61,719 bases of DNA, filler included, from 4 parts of 4 records of this genome joined end to end with filler, not necessarily neighbours in it, one strand, 5' to 3'; counted from the first letter of the whole stretch, positions 47,498-58,631 are shown. Numbers and translations: made by a program. The notes: generated from the letters alone by a model not told the origin.

Positions 47498-48748
47498 ATG
47501 GCCCGCATTGTCATGAAATTCGGCGGCACGTCCGTCGCCAATATTGAACGTATCCGCAATGTCGCGCGCCATGTCAAACGCGAGGTCGATGCCGGTCACG
47601 AGGTTGCTGTTGTCGTTTCTGCCATGGCCGGCAAGACCAATGAACTGGTCGGCTGGACACGGGAAGCGTCTCCCATGCATGATGCGCGTGAGTATGATGT
47701 CGTCGTCTCGTCCGGTGAGCAGGTGACTTCCGGGCTTTTGGCGATCGCGCTTCAGGATATGGGCGTGAATGCGCGGTCGTGGCAAGGTTGGCAGGTCCCG
47801 ATCAAGACCGATAACGCCCATGGCGCCGCCCGCATCGCGGAGATAGACGGCAGTGATATCATAAAGCGTATGGGCGAAGGCCAGGTGGCGGTATGCGCAG
47901 GTTTTCAGGGCATCGGCCCTGATAACCGTATCGCAACGCTCGGGCGCGGCGGTTCCGATACGTCAGCCGTTGCGATTGCCGCTGCTGTAAAGGCCGATCG
48001 CTGCGATATCTATACCGATGTTGACGGCGTCTACACAACTGATCCGCGCATAGAGCCGAAGGCGAAACGGATGAAGAAGGTCGCCTTTGAGGAAATGCTG
48101 GAAATGGCATCTCTGGGCGCGAAGGTTCTTCAGGTTCGCTCGGTTGAGTTGGCTATGGTTCATAAAGTGCGCACATTCGTGCGATCCAGTTTCGAGGCGC
48201 CGGATGCGCCGGGCATGGGCGATTTCGATAATCCGCCCGGTACCCTGATTTGCGATGAGGATGAGATTGTGGAACAGGAAGTCGTAACCGGCATAGCATA
48301 TGCCAAGGATGAGGCGCAGATTTCGCTGCGCCGTGTGGAAGACCGGCCCGGTGTTGCCGGTGCGATTTTCGGCCCGCTGGCCGAGGGCCACATAAACGTC
48401 GATATGATTGTCCAGAACATTTCAGAGGGCGGAACGCATACTGACATGACGTTTACCGTTCCGGCGTCCGATGTTGAAAAGGCCAAGGCTGTTTTGACCG
48501 AAAAGCGCAGCGAGATCGGTTTTGATGCTATCCAGAGCGCAACCGATCTGGCGAAAATCTCGGTCATCGGTATCGGTATGCGTTCGCACACCGGTGTTGC
48601 AGCCTCTGCTTTCAAGGCGCTCTCGCAAAAGGGCATCAACATCAAGGCGATCACCACATCCGAGATCAAGATTTCGATCCTGATCGACAGTGCCTACGCC
48701 GAACTGGCGGTCAGGACTTTGCATTCGTGTTACGGTCTCGATAAATAA
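47498..48748 (+). CDS. lysC: Aspartate kinase
   Basis: MARIVMKFGGTSV, TLGRGGSDTSA, DVDGVYTTDP, two ACT domains. Confidence 0.97.
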   Translation: MARIVMKFGGTSVANIERIRNVARHVKREVDAGHEVAVVVSAMAGKTNELVGWTREASPMHDAREYDVVVSSGEQVTSGLLAIALQDMGVNARSWQGWQVPIKTDNAHGAARIAEIDGSDIIKRMGEGQVAVCAGFQGIGPDNRIATLGRGGSDTSAVAIAAAVKADRCDIYTDVDGVYTTDPRIEPKAKRMKKVAFEEMLEMASLGAKVLQVRSVELAMVHKVRTFVRSSFEAPDAPGMGDFDNPPGTLICDEDEIVEQEVVTGIAYAKDEAQISLRRVEDRPGVAGAIFGPLAEGHINVDMIVQNISEGGTHTDMTFTVPASDVEKAKAVLTEKRSEIGFDAIQSATDLAKISVIGIGMRSHTGVAASAFKALSQKGINIKAITTSEIKISILIDSAYAELAVRTLHSCYGLDK

Positions 48749-48830
48749 TCATAAAGGACGGACGTCCGGCGTCGTGAATACCGGTCGTCCAACCGGGGCC
48801 TTACGCGCCTCCACCGGGGACAGACGAGCG

Positions 48831-51098
48831 ATGAACCATCAAGCATCCAGCCCGCGCATTCTTTTGAAGCGGCTGCGGGAACTGATGGCGGAGCCATTGG
48901 AACCACAGGACCGCCTCGACCGTATTGTCGGCCAGATCGCCGGGAATATGGTCGCTGCCGTGTGCTCGGTTTATGTTCTTCGTGCGGACAGTGTGCTTGA
49001 ACTTTACGCCACACAGGGGCTGAAGCGAGATGCCGTTCACCTTGCTTCTTTGAGAATGGGGCAGGGGCTCGTCGGCACGATTGCTGCGTCGGCCCGTCCC
49101 CTTAACCTTTCCGATGCCCAGTCGCATCCGGCATTCCGCTACCTGCCGGAGACAGGTGAAGAGATTTATCACTCTTTTCTCGGTGTTCCGATTCTGCGCG
49201 CTGGCAGAACTCTCGGTGTTCTGGTGGTTCAGAATACCGATGAACACACCTATAGCGAGGAGGATGTCGAAGCACTTCAGACAGCCGCTATGCTGTTGGC
49301 TGAAATGATTGTATCCGGCGACCTTCGCAAGATCACGCGGCCGGGAATGGAACTGGATCTGACGCGATCTGTCTCCATTGCCGGTGATGCCTATGGCGAA
49401 GGGCTTGCGCTTGGCCATGCAGTGCTGCATGAGCCGCGGATCATCGTGAACAACCTCGTGAACGAGGATAGCGATGCGGAAATTGCTCGTCTGCGCGAGG
49501 CGCTGGAGAAGTTACGTGCTTCCATCGATGAAATGCTGGAACGTGGTGATGTTCTGGCCGAAGGCGAGCACCGTGAAGTGCTGGAAACCTACCGCATGTT
49601 TGCGCATGATCGCGGTTGGGTGCGGCGTCTGGAAGAGGCGATCCAGCTTGGCCTGACTGCCGAGGGCGCCGTCGAGAAGGTTCAAAGCGACACCAAGGCA
49701 CGAATGATCCGGCTGACGGATCCCTTCATGCGTGATCGGATGCATGACCTTGATGACCTTGCCAACCGTCTATTGCGGCAACTGACCGGTTATTCGGTTG
49801 ATGTGCATGGCGAGGGCTTCCCGGAAGATGCGGTGATCATCGCCCGCGCCATGGGGGCGGCCGAGCTGCTCGATTATCCGCGGGACAGCCTGCGCGGTCT
49901 GGTTCTGGAAGATGGTGCGGCAACCAGCCATGTCATTATCGTTGCGCGTGCGATGGGTATTCCGGTTGTGGGACAAGCCGCCGGCGTTGCCGCTCAGGTG
50001 GAAAACGGCGACGGAATTATCGTTGACGGCGATGATGGTGAAGTTCATGTCCGCCCGCTTGAAGCCGTTGTAAAAGCTTATGAAGAAAAGCTCAGGCTAC
50101 GCGCCCGGCGACAGGAACAGTTCCGTGCGTTGCGCTCTGTTGAGCCGGTTTCCAGCGATGGCGTACGTGTCAATCTGATGATGAATGCCGGCTTGCTCGT
50201 TGATCTGCCGCATCTTGATGATTCCGGCGCGGAAGGCATCGGTTTGTTTCGAACCGAGTTGCAGTTTATGATCGCCTCGCGTATGCCGAAGGCGACCGAG
50301 CAGGAGACGTTCTACCGTCAGGTGCTTGACCATGCGGGCAATCGTCCGGTGACGTTCCGCACGCTTGATATCGGTTCGGACAAGATGGTGTCCTATTTCC
50401 GTTCGCAGGAGGAAGAGAACCCGGCCATGGGCTGGCGCGCCGTTCGTCTGTCACTTGATCGGCCGTATCTGCTCAGAATGCAGCTCAGGGCATTGATGAA
50501 GGCGACTGCGGGCGAGGTGCTCAAGGTCATGGTGCCCATGGTCTCTGAGGTCGACGAAATTCGCCAGACCCGTGCGTTGATGGCGAAAGAGGTCCAGCAT
50601 TTGAGGCGCTTTGGCCATGATATGCCGCGCAAGATTGAACTGGGCGCGATGCTGGAGGTCCCGGCCCTGCTTTACGAGATTGATGAATTGATGGCCGAGG
50701 TCGATTTTATCTCCGTGGGCTCCAACGACCTTTACCAGTTCCTGATGGCGATTGACCGGGGAAATGCCCGCGTGTCCGACCGATATGACACTTTGAGCAA
50801 GCCCTTCCTGCGTGTGTTGCGTGATATTGTCCGCGCCGGTGAGCGAAATAATGTTCCGGTGACATTGTGCGGTGAATTTGCCAGCCGCCCGATTTCGGCA
50901 TTGGCGCTGTTTGCGATCGGGTATCGCGCCGTTTCGATGTCACCGACCGCTATCGGGCCGGTCAAGGCGATGCTGCTTGGGCTTGATATTGCTGCGGTGA
51001 GTGCATTTTTGAATGATGCGCTGGATGATGTGAAGAACATAACGCCGGTGCGCACACTTCTTGAGCGATTTGCAACGGAAAACAATATTCCCTTGTAG
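48831..51098 (+). CDS. ptsP: PTS enzyme I-Ntr (GAF + EI)
   Basis: N-terminal GAF; TSHV phospho-His; GIGLFRTE; EENPAMGWR; SVGSNDL; CGE. Confidence 0.95.
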   Translation: MNHQASSPRILLKRLRELMAEPLEPQDRLDRIVGQIAGNMVAAVCSVYVLRADSVLELYATQGLKRDAVHLASLRMGQGLVGTIAASARPLNLSDAQSHPAFRYLPETGEEIYHSFLGVPILRAGRTLGVLVVQNTDEHTYSEEDVEALQTAAMLLAEMIVSGDLRKITRPGMELDLTRSVSIAGDAYGEGLALGHAVLHEPRIIVNNLVNEDSDAEIARLREALEKLRASIDEMLERGDVLAEGEHREVLETYRMFAHDRGWVRRLEEAIQLGLTAEGAVEKVQSDTKARMIRLTDPFMRDRMHDLDDLANRLLRQLTGYSVDVHGEGFPEDAVIIARAMGAAELLDYPRDSLRGLVLEDGAATSHVIIVARAMGIPVVGQAAGVAAQVENGDGIIVDGDDGEVHVRPLEAVVKAYEEKLRLRARRQEQFRALRSVEPVSSDGVRVNLMMNAGLLVDLPHLDDSGAEGIGLFRTELQFMIASRMPKATEQETFYRQVLDHAGNRPVTFRTLDIGSDKMVSYFRSQEEENPAMGWRAVRLSLDRPYLLRMQLRALMKATAGEVLKVMVPMVSEVDEIRQTRALMAKEVQHLRRFGHDMPRKIELGAMLEVPALLYEIDELMAEVDFISVGSNDLYQFLMAIDRGNARVSDRYDTLSKPFLRVLRDIVRAGERNNVPVTLCGEFASRPISALALFAIGYRAVSMSPTAIGPVKAMLLGLDIAAVSAFLNDALDDVKNITPVRTLLERFATENNIPL

Positions 51099-51191
51099 CG
51101 GGCTGACTGATTTTCAAAATCCGGATTGCAGCTTCACCAAGGTGGGGTTGTTTTTTCGCGGATCAAAAACAACAAACGGAGCGTAAACGGC

Positions 51192-52274
51192 GTGGCGAGG
51201 CTACCCCAACAAAAAATGCGAGAGCTGGAGCGCCGGTTTTCCGAGGTCGAGGCACGAATGTCCGCTGGTCCCGATGCGGAAACGTATGTGAAGCTCGCCT
51301 CCGAATATGCCGAGCTCGATCCGGTTGTGCAGAAAATTCGTGCCTATTACGACATTGAGCGAGAGGCCGATGACCTCAAAAGCCTGCTGGACGACAAGGC
51401 CACCGAAAAGGAAATGCGCGATCTCGCCGAAATGGAACTGCCGGACCTGGAGGAGAAGCTTGATGCGCTATCCGGCGAGATCCAGATCCTGCTTTTGCCA
51501 AAGGATGCGGCAGATGAGAAAAGCGCGGTTCTGGAAATCCGGGCCGGAACAGGTGGATCTGAAGCGGCTCTCTTTGCAGGTGATCTGTTCCGTATGTATG
51601 AGCGCTATGCAAGCGCCAATGGCTGGAAGGTCGAGGTTCTGTCCGCCAGCGAAGGCGAAGCAGGGGGCTACAAGGAAGTCATCGCGTCAGTGTCCGGAAA
51701 GGGCGTGTTTTCGCGGCTGAAATTTGAATCCGGGGTTCATCGTGTTCAGCGGGTACCCGAAACCGAAGCAGGCGGGCGCATTCACACGTCAGCAGCCACT
51801 GTTGCCGTGTTGCCGGAAGCCGAAGATATCGATATCGATATCCGCAACGAGGATTTGCGTATTGATACGATGCGGGCCTCGGGTGCGGGCGGCCAGCACG
51901 TCAACACCACAGACTCGGCAGTGCGTATCACCCATATCCCGACCGGGATCGTTGTGACGAGTTCGGAGAAATCCCAGCACCAGAACCGTGCTCGGGCGAT
52001 GCAGGTGTTGCGTGCCCGGCTTTTGGACATAGAGCGTCAACGCTCCGAAAGTGAACGTTCGGCAGATCGCAAGAGCCAGGTCGGTTCCGGTGATCGGTCG
52101 GAACGTATCCGGACTTATAACTTTCCGCAGGGACGTGTCACTGATCACCGTATCAATCTGACGCTATACAAGCTGGATTCTGTCATTCAGGGGGATCTGG
52201 ACGAGGTTGTTGATGCGTTGATCTATGATTATCAGGCGGGGCAGCTTGCCCAGCTTGGTGTTGAGGGAAGCTGA
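51192..52274 (+). CDS. prfA: Peptide chain release factor 1
   Basis: GTG start; PET recognition motif (RVPETE), [17 protein letters not shown]. Confidence 0.97.
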   Translation: MARLPQQKMRELERRFSEVEARMSAGPDAETYVKLASEYAELDPVVQKIRAYYDIEREADDLKSLLDDKATEKEMRDLAEMELPDLEEKLDALSGEIQILLLPKDAADEKSAVLEIRAGTGGSEAALFAGDLFRMYERYASANGWKVEVLSASEGEAGGYKEVIASVSGKGVFSRLKFESGVHRVQRVPETEAGGRIHTSAATVAVLPEAEDIDIDIRNEDLRIDTMRASGAGGQHVNTTDSAVRITHIPTGIVVTSSEKSQHQNRARAMQVLRARLLDIERQRSESERSADRKSQVGSGDRSERIRTYNFPQGRVTDHRINLTLYKLDSVIQGDLDEVVDALIYDYQAGQLAQLGVEGS

Positions 52275-52276
52275 GT

Positions 52277-53143
52277 GTGAACGCGACAACGCTTGGAGAC
52301 CTGTACCGGAGTGCCACGGATGAATTTTCACGGGCAGGTTTGCCGTATCCTGCCGAGGATGCGCGTCATCTCGTCACAGGCATTCTGAGGCTCACGCTGG
52401 CTGCCTTGATCACCGACCAGGATCGCGTGCTTTCACAAGATGAGATTGCCACGGCGGAGCAGGCTATTGCGCGGCGCAAACAGCACGAGCCTGTTTATCG
52501 CATTATAGGATCTCGGGAGTTCTATGGGCTGGACTTCAATCTGTCTGCGGAAACGCTCGAACCGCGTCCTGACACTGAGCTTCTGGTTGAGCGCAGCCTT
52601 GTCCATCTCAAGCGCGTCGTGGCGTCGAAAGGGGCAGCGCGTTTTCTTGATCTGGGCACCGGAACGGGGGCGATTGCCATTGCCTTGCTCAAAAATTGCC
52701 GGGAAGCGCGGGCTGTCATGACAGATATTGCCAGCGGTGCTCTTGAAACTGCACAAGAGAATGCCCTAATAAATCACGTAGAAGATCGCGTAGAAGCGGT
52801 AAACGGGTCATGGTTTGAGGCTGTTCAAGGACGCTTTGACATGATCGTGTCAAATCCGCCCTATATCGTTTCGAATCAGGTTGACCGACTTGATCGGGAT
52901 GTGCGCGATTTTGATCCGCGCGCCGCCCTTGATGGCGGGAATGACGGATTGGATGCTTACCGGTCAATCGCTGAGGATTGTGGACGTTTTTTGGAAAAAG
53001 ACGGTGTAATCGCGCTGGAAATCGGTTTTGATCAAAAGGCTTCCGTAACAGAGTTATTCCGCAATGCGGGATATGAGCGTCTGGAGGCTGCGACCGATCT
53101 TGGTGGAAATGATCGGGTTTTGGTCTTTGCAAATAGGCGTTGA
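52277..53143 (+). CDS. prmC: Release factor glutamine methyltransferase
   Basis: PRPDTE, LDLGTGTG, VSNPPY, ALDGG. Confidence 0.96.
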   Translation: MNATTLGDLYRSATDEFSRAGLPYPAEDARHLVTGILRLTLAALITDQDRVLSQDEIATAEQAIARRKQHEPVYRIIGSREFYGLDFNLSAETLEPRPDTELLVERSLVHLKRVVASKGAARFLDLGTGTGAIAIALLKNCREARAVMTDIASGALETAQENALINHVEDRVEAVNGSWFEAVQGRFDMIVSNPPYIVSNQVDRLDRDVRDFDPRAALDGGNDGLDAYRSIAEDCGRFLEKDGVIALEIGFDQKASVTELFRNAGYERLEAATDLGGNDRVLVFANRR

Positions 53144-53504
53144 AGCCTTCGGGTCGCGCATATCCTGCTACTTTCAAGGCTATCAGTAAGGTAATGCGCA
53201 ACCTTTTTTGAAAACAAGCTAAGAAAGGGCTTGGTTTTTTTCGGCAGGCGGGATAGTTTGCAGCCACGCAAAGCGGCAACCGGCGAAACGGCGATTCGTT
53301 TCTCGACCCAGTGTTTGGTTGTAAGTCCGATCACTTTTATCGTGACAGTCCGTGTACTGCGTGATTCAGAGATTTAAACCCTAAGACTGGCAGCAGGTTT
53401 AACAATGCCCTGCCAAGCGGGACTATGCCGCAGCACATTTTTGAAATTGTGCACGGCCGAAGGTGTAGCTCGCCCTTTTAACGAACATTCAGGTGATATA
53501 TTCC

Positions 53505-54284
53505 ATGAGGTCAGGACAGCAGAATAAGCGCAGCCGGGGGCGCGGTAATAACAATAGCAATGGTTTCAACCGTAAGGGCGCCAACCCTCTGACCCGGACT
53601 TATGACAGTAACGGTCCTGATGTGAAGGTTCGCGGAACCGCTCAGCATATTGCGGAAAAATACATGACGCTCGCACGTGATGCGCAAGGGGCCGGTGATC
53701 GTGTCGTGGCTGAAAATTATCTTCAGCATGCCGAGCATTATATCCGTATCATTGCCGCTGCTCAGGCGCAGATGCAGGAGCGCTATCAGCGCGATGAGCG
53801 CTCGGATAATAATTCCGACGATAATAATAATGATGATGCCGCTTCGGGCAGGAATAATGCCCAGCAGAACGGGCAGGATTCACGCAACTCCAGAAAGGAC
53901 AATGCGCCGCAGAAGCAGGATCAGCAGCCGGTTGATGCCAATGGTCCGCAGCCTGTGATCGACGGTACACCCGCCGAAGTTGCCGCTGAATCGTCCGATG
54001 GGCAATCGGTTGAGAAGCCGCGCAATACCCGCCGCCGCACTTCGACTGCACCACGGCCGCGCCGGACCAAGCGTGTTTCGGCTGAAGCCGGATCCGGTGA
54101 TGATGCAGCTGGTGCTGCCAATGCGGATGAAGGCAGCAATGCCCCGGCAGCTGAAGAGCAGTCAAATGAGGCTGCGCCCAAGAGGCCTACTCGTCGCAAG
54201 CGCACACCGAAGGCCGAAGCCAAAGAGCAGACGGATGATGGTAAGAGTGAGCAGCCTGCCCTGGTTGATGCGCCGGGGGAGTAA
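53505..54284 (+). CDS. DUF4167-domain protein with a long disordered tail
   Basis: NPLTRTYDSNGPDVKVRGTAQHIAEKY..LARDA..GDRV.AENYLQHAEHY. Confidence 0.9.
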   Translation: MRSGQQNKRSRGRGNNNSNGFNRKGANPLTRTYDSNGPDVKVRGTAQHIAEKYMTLARDAQGAGDRVVAENYLQHAEHYIRIIAAAQAQMQERYQRDERSDNNSDDNNNDDAASGRNNAQQNGQDSRNSRKDNAPQKQDQQPVDANGPQPVIDGTPAEVAAESSDGQSVEKPRNTRRRTSTAPRPRRTKRVSAEAGSGDDAAGAANADEGSNAPAAEEQSNEAAPKRPTRRKRTPKAEAKEQTDDGKSEQPALVDAPGE

Positions 54285-54313
54285 TTCCTCCGAAAGTATT
54301 GTTGTAATGTTTC

Positions 54314-54340
54314 GAAAGCCCGGTTGAAAGCCGGGCTTTC
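54314..54340 (+). terminator. Terminator hairpin
   Basis: GAAAGCCCGG-TTGAAAG-CCGGGCTTTC. Confidence 0.7.
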
Positions 54341-54600
54341 TGGCAATTTGGACCGGCGTAGAAGCGTTGTTGTGTCTGGCATGAAGCAGGCGGTCAGTCC
54401 TTCATGTTCGGGTGGGCCCGGTATCGAAGAATTATTGTGGCAAGGTAAATCGGTAGGGCTTTTGCCAGCAACAGATTAAAGGTCTCAGCAGGTACGCTGT
54501 TTCTTGAAAAAGATTTTGATCGTGTCAGCGATATCCCGAAACGGTTTGCCTTTGTCTGTAGGCTGAATTAATCCAGCAGGCGGAAGAAGGATACTGAATC

Positions 54601-55239
54601 ATGAGACTGGTGATTGCGATTGACGGGCCGGCGGCGGCTGGCAAGGGAACGCTTGCGCGCAAACTGGCCGATGCATACGGCCTGCCTCATCTCGATACCG
54701 GCCTGACTTACCGTGCCACCGCCAAGGCTCTGCTCGATGCAGAGTTGCCTCTGGATAACGAGGCTCTGGCCGCGGACATGGCCGCCAGCATCGAGCTTGC
54801 CGGTCTTGATCGCGCCGTGCTGTCAGCGCATGAAATCGGTGAATCGGCGTCGAAGGTGGCGGCCATGCCTGCCGTACGCCGGGCACTGGTGGCAGCGCAG
54901 CGGCGCTTTGCCGGTGTGGGGGAAGGGGCGGTTCTGGACGGACGTGATATCGGTACGGTCGTGTGTCCGGATGCGCCGGTCAAGTTCTATGTCACGGCAG
55001 ATCCCGAGGTTCGCGCACGTCGCCGTTATGATGAAATCACCGCACAAGGCGGAAAGGCCGATTTCGAGGCGATACTGGCGGATGTGAAACGCCGGGACGC
55101 ACGGGATATGGGACGAAATGACAGTCCTTTGCTGCCTGCGGACGATGCGCACTTGCTTGATACGTCCAAAATGGGTATAGAAGCCGCGTTTCAGGCTGCA
55201 GTCGCATATATCAACTCGCAGCTTGACCGGGATACCTGA
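54601..55239 (+). CDS. cmk: Cytidylate kinase
   Basis: [29 protein letters not shown]. Confidence 0.96.
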   Translation: MRLVIAIDGPAAAGKGTLARKLADAYGLPHLDTGLTYRATAKALLDAELPLDNEALAADMAASIELAGLDRAVLSAHEIGESASKVAAMPAVRRALVAAQRRFAGVGEGAVLDGRDIGTVVCPDAPVKFYVTADPEVRARRRYDEITAQGGKADFEAILADVKRRDARDMGRNDSPLLPADDAHLLDTSKMGIEAAFQAAVAYINSQLDRDT

Positions 55240-55421
55240 ATTTTGCGGGGTTTGCTCCCTGCATTGGAAATAGGCCTTTCTAAGCATCCATGCGCCGGAA
55301 TTTCTCCACCTTTGTCATGAAGAGTGGGGTGGATGCTTTTAAAGGCAGTAGTTTAACACCAGCCACCGGCGCAGATATGTCCGGTCCGCTCAGGCGGAAA
55401 CGGGCATGATCAGGAGTTTTT

Positions 55422-56388
55422 ATGTCTGCAGATACCCCCACGCGGGACGATTTTGCCGCAATGCTTGAGGAATCCTTCAGCGAGAGAAACGATCTCGCAG
55501 AAGGTTATGTTGCCAAAGGCACAATCACGGCGATCGAAAAAGATGTCGCCATCATTGATGTCGGCCTCAAGGTCGAAGGTCGCGTTCCGCTGAAGGAATT
55601 CGGCGCACGCGCCAAAGACGGCGCCCTGAAGCCGGGTGACGAAGTTGAAGTTTACGTCGAGCGTATCGAAAACGCGCTGGGCGAAGCAGTTCTGTCGCGC
55701 GAAAAAGCACGCCGCGAAGAAGCCTGGGTCAAGCTTGAAGCCAAGTTTGAAGCCGGTGAGCGTGTTGAAGGCCAGATCTTCAACCAGGTCAAGGGTGGCT
55801 TTACAGTCGATCTCGACGGCGCAATCGCCTTCCTGCCGCGTAGCCAGGTGGATATTCGGCCGATTCGTGACGTTTCTCCGCTGATGCACACGCCGCAGCC
55901 GTTCGAAATTCTCAAGATGGACAAGCGCCGTGGCAACATTGTTGTTTCGCGCCGGACCGTTCTTGAAGAAAGCCGTGCGGAACAGCGTTCGGAAATCGTC
56001 CAGAACCTCGAAGAAGGTCAGGTCGTTGAGGGTGTTGTCAAGAACATCACCGATTACGGCGCCTTCGTCGATCTCGGCGGTATCGACGGTCTGCTGCATG
56101 TCACCGATATGGCATGGCGCCGCGTCAACCACCCGACCGAGCTTCTGTCCATCGGCCAGAACGTCAAGGTTCAGATCATCCGCATCAACCAGGAAACGCA
56201 CCGCATTTCGCTGGGTATGAAGCAGCTGGAAGCTGACCCGTGGGATGGCATTCAGGCAAAGTATCCTGAAGGCAAGAAGATTTCCGGTCGGGTTACAAAC
56301 ATCACCGATTACGGTGCGTTTGTTGAACTGGAGCCGGGCATCGAAGGGCTGATCCACATTTCGGAAATGTCCTGGACCAAGAAGAACG
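55422..56388 (+). CDS. rpsA: 30S ribosomal protein S1 (3' truncated)
   Basis: DVGLKVEG, AFLPRSQVD, S1 repeats YGAFVDLGGIDGLLH / YGAFVELEPGIEGLIH. Confidence 0.97.
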
Positions 56389-56488
56389 NNNNNNNNNNNN
56401 NNNNNNNNNNNNNNNNNNNNNNNNNNNNNNNNTTAATTAATTAANNNNNNNNNNNNNNNNNNNNNNNNNNNNNNNNNNNNNNNNNNNN
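56389..56488. other. Artificial contig spacer
   Basis: N44-TTAATTAATTAA-N44. Confidence 0.99.
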
Positions 56489-56492
56489 AACC

Positions 56493-56522
56493 TTGACCGA
56501 AAAACCGACTAGTTGGTATGTT
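56493..56522 (+). promoter_or_regulatory. sigma70 promoter with an overlapping TetR-type operator
   Basis: TTGACC-N18-TATGTT; near-palindrome ACCGACTAGTTGGT (56504-56517) in the spacer. Confidence 0.6.
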
Positions 56523-56543
56523 TGTCGAAACAGGAGGCGGCAC

Positions 56544-57197
56544 ATGCCCAGAACGACCTCAAAACCGGATGCGAGATCGAAGCTGCTTGATGCGGCGCTG
56601 TCGCTGATCCGCGCCAAGGGCTACACGGCCACCACTGTCGACGAACTTTGTTCTGCTGCGGGCGTGACCAAGGGGGCCTTCTTCCATCATTTCAAGAGCA
56701 AGGACGCACTCGGTATCGCGGCGGCGGAACACTGGTCGGCAACCACCGGCGCATTCTTTGCCAGCGCCGCCTATCACGACCATGACGATCCGTTCGAGCG
56801 GCTGATCGGCTACATCGAGTTCCGCAAGGAGATCATCGATGGCGATCTCGCCGAGTTCACCTGTCTCGTCGGCACCATGACGCAGGAGATCTATGGGTCA
56901 AATCCGGCGATCCGCGATGCCTGCGCCGCCAGCATCTTCGGTCATGCAGCCACACTGGAGCCGGACATAGAGGCGGCGATGAAAGCACGCGGTATTGTGG
57001 CAGACTGGACGCCCGCCAGCCTGGCCGCGCACACCCAGGCCGTGCTGCAGGGCGCATTCATACTGGCCAAGGCGACGGGCGACCGCGCCATCGCGCGCGA
57101 CAGCGTCGATCATCTGAAACGATATCTGCTGTTCCTGTTCGAAACGGCGCCGAAGATCGGTGCATCGAATTACCGGGGAGGATCATCATATGACTGA
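56544..57197 (+). CDS. TetR/AcrR (NemR-like) repressor
   Basis: RBS AGGAGG; LLDAALSLIRAKGYTATTVDELC..AGVTKGAFFHHFKSK; CLVG. Confidence 0.92.
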   Translation: MPRTTSKPDARSKLLDAALSLIRAKGYTATTVDELCSAAGVTKGAFFHHFKSKDALGIAAAEHWSATTGAFFASAAYHDHDDPFERLIGYIEFRKEIIDGDLAEFTCLVGTMTQEIYGSNPAIRDACAASIFGHAATLEPDIEAAMKARGIVADWTPASLAAHTQAVLQGAFILAKATGDRAIARDSVDHLKRYLLFLFETAPKIGASNYRGGSSYD

Positions 57198-57372
57198 AAA
57201 TCCAGATCATGAAACGAAGACGATCTCTGGAATCGCCCGCCAGACAGTATCGCCGGACGCCTGGCGCAACGAACTCGGCCTGACTGCGCGATGCGGAAAA
57301 GGATCTGACCCGAGCACAGGGGCCCTGCATCCGTTCAGGCAGATCCCGACCTATGAGGAGAGCGGCAGATGA
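57190..57372 (+). pseudogene. Chimeric remnant (DUF899-like start joined to a GST-like fragment)
   Basis: MTENPDH..TVSPDAW resembles a DUF899 N-terminus; ALHPFRQIPTYEE resembles the GST N-domain (PFGQIP); only 60 aa. Confidence 0.4.
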
Positions 57373-57719
57373 AAATTAAGGGGAGCCGAGATTGCGGGAA
57401 TTCGCCGAAGAACCGGATCGTGCAGGATATTGCCGTCGCTATTGAGACCGGAATCCTTCCCGAAAACGCTGTCGACGACAGCACGGTCTGGCATCGAGCC
57501 GATGGCAGAAAATTGAAAGGAGCGGCGTCGCTTCGCTGCGCCTTGGACGAGATCCTGCCTGCGGATTCGATTACCGTGAGCCACGCAATATCGCATGGAA
57601 AGGCAGGCGCTGCGAACGGTGTGTCGGTCCTTGCCGATGGACGCACGCGTCGCTTTTGCCACGTTGTTGAATTCACAAGCGTCAAGGCAGGAACAATAGC
57701 CGAAATTAGCAGCTACTGA
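57369..57719 (+). CDS. SnoaL/NTF2-like small protein
   Basis: DCGNSPKN N-terminus; ISHGKAGAANG..FCHVVEF..I.SY. Confidence 0.65.
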   Translation: MKIKGSRDCGNSPKNRIVQDIAVAIETGILPENAVDDSTVWHRADGRKLKGAASLRCALDEILPADSITVSHAISHGKAGAANGVSVLADGRTRRFCHVVEFTSVKAGTIAEISSY

Positions 57720-57746
57720 TTTGGATAAACGAAGGGGAACCATCCG

Positions 57747-58169
57747 ATGGAACCGACAATCTACCTTTTCTTCAAGGGCAACTGCCTTGAGGCGATGACC
57801 CATTATGCCGAGGTGCTCGGCGGCGAGATCGGCGGCGTTTTCCGCAATGGTGATGCGCCTGACCGGGAAAACCGGATGCCCGGAGGCGACGATCTGGTGA
57901 TGAACATGGCCATGACTTTGGGCCGTGCCATGATCATGGCCTCGGACGTCCCGGCCGAAATGTACAGCAAGCCCGCCGGCTTCCGCGTATCGATCGCGCC
58001 GACCTCGCGTGAGGAATTCGACCGCATCCACGATGCGCTGGCAGAGGATGCGCAGAGCGTCGAGATGGCGCCCGGCGAAACCTTCTGGGCCGAGCGCTTC
58101 GCCATGTTGACCGACAGATACGGCACGCCGTGGATGCTCAATTTCGAGGGCGAAAAGGGTTCCGCCTGA
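57747..58169 (+). CDS. VOC / PhnB-like protein
   Basis: YLFFKGNCLEAM.HY, IMASD, TFWAERFAMLTDRYGTPWMLN. Confidence 0.88.
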   Translation: MEPTIYLFFKGNCLEAMTHYAEVLGGEIGGVFRNGDAPDRENRMPGGDDLVMNMAMTLGRAMIMASDVPAEMYSKPAGFRVSIAPTSREEFDRIHDALAEDAQSVEMAPGETFWAERFAMLTDRYGTPWMLNFEGEKGSA

Positions 58170-58201
58170 GCGGAGGTCAACTCAAGCAGGAAGAGACAAT
58201 C

Positions 58202-58540
58202 ATGTTCCGGACGTTCATTCTGACCGCATTGCTTGCGGTCGCTGCCCCGGCATTGGCCGAAGACGAGCCGATGGCCTGGGGCGAGGCGGTGAAAGCGCTG
58301 GAGACGCCGGTTCTGATCATCACCGGCGATGCCGATGTCGCGACGCTGGAACATTCGGTCGCGATGTTTCGTCTGCTGGGCGGCGGGGTGATGGGCGACA
58401 TGGGGCAGCCGCTGCCGGAGTCCCGGTTCGCGGTGATGCCGGCGACGTCCCACACCGCGGTCATAAACCAGCCCGCGCTTCTGCACGCGTTCATCGAACC
58501 CTTCCTTCACGGTACAACACCGAAAGGGTTCTTCGAATAG
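58202..58540 (+). pseudogene. Exported alpha/beta hydrolase with an in-frame internal deletion
   Basis: Signal peptide joined directly to the C-terminal third (PVLIITGDAD..PATSH); the nucleophile GxSxG region is absent. Confidence 0.6.
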
Positions 58541-58631
58541 GGCATCGGCCCGAAAATCAGAATCGATTTCCGGAAAGCACCATGCGTAAATTCAATAGGT
58601 TATAGCATCCTTTTTGCGCCCGAAGGGACGC

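Noticed and set aside
46519-47577. 352-aa minus-strand ORF and many similar overlapping ORFs in segments B-D
   Set aside because: Antisense or alternate-frame shadows of well-supported genes in GC-rich sequence
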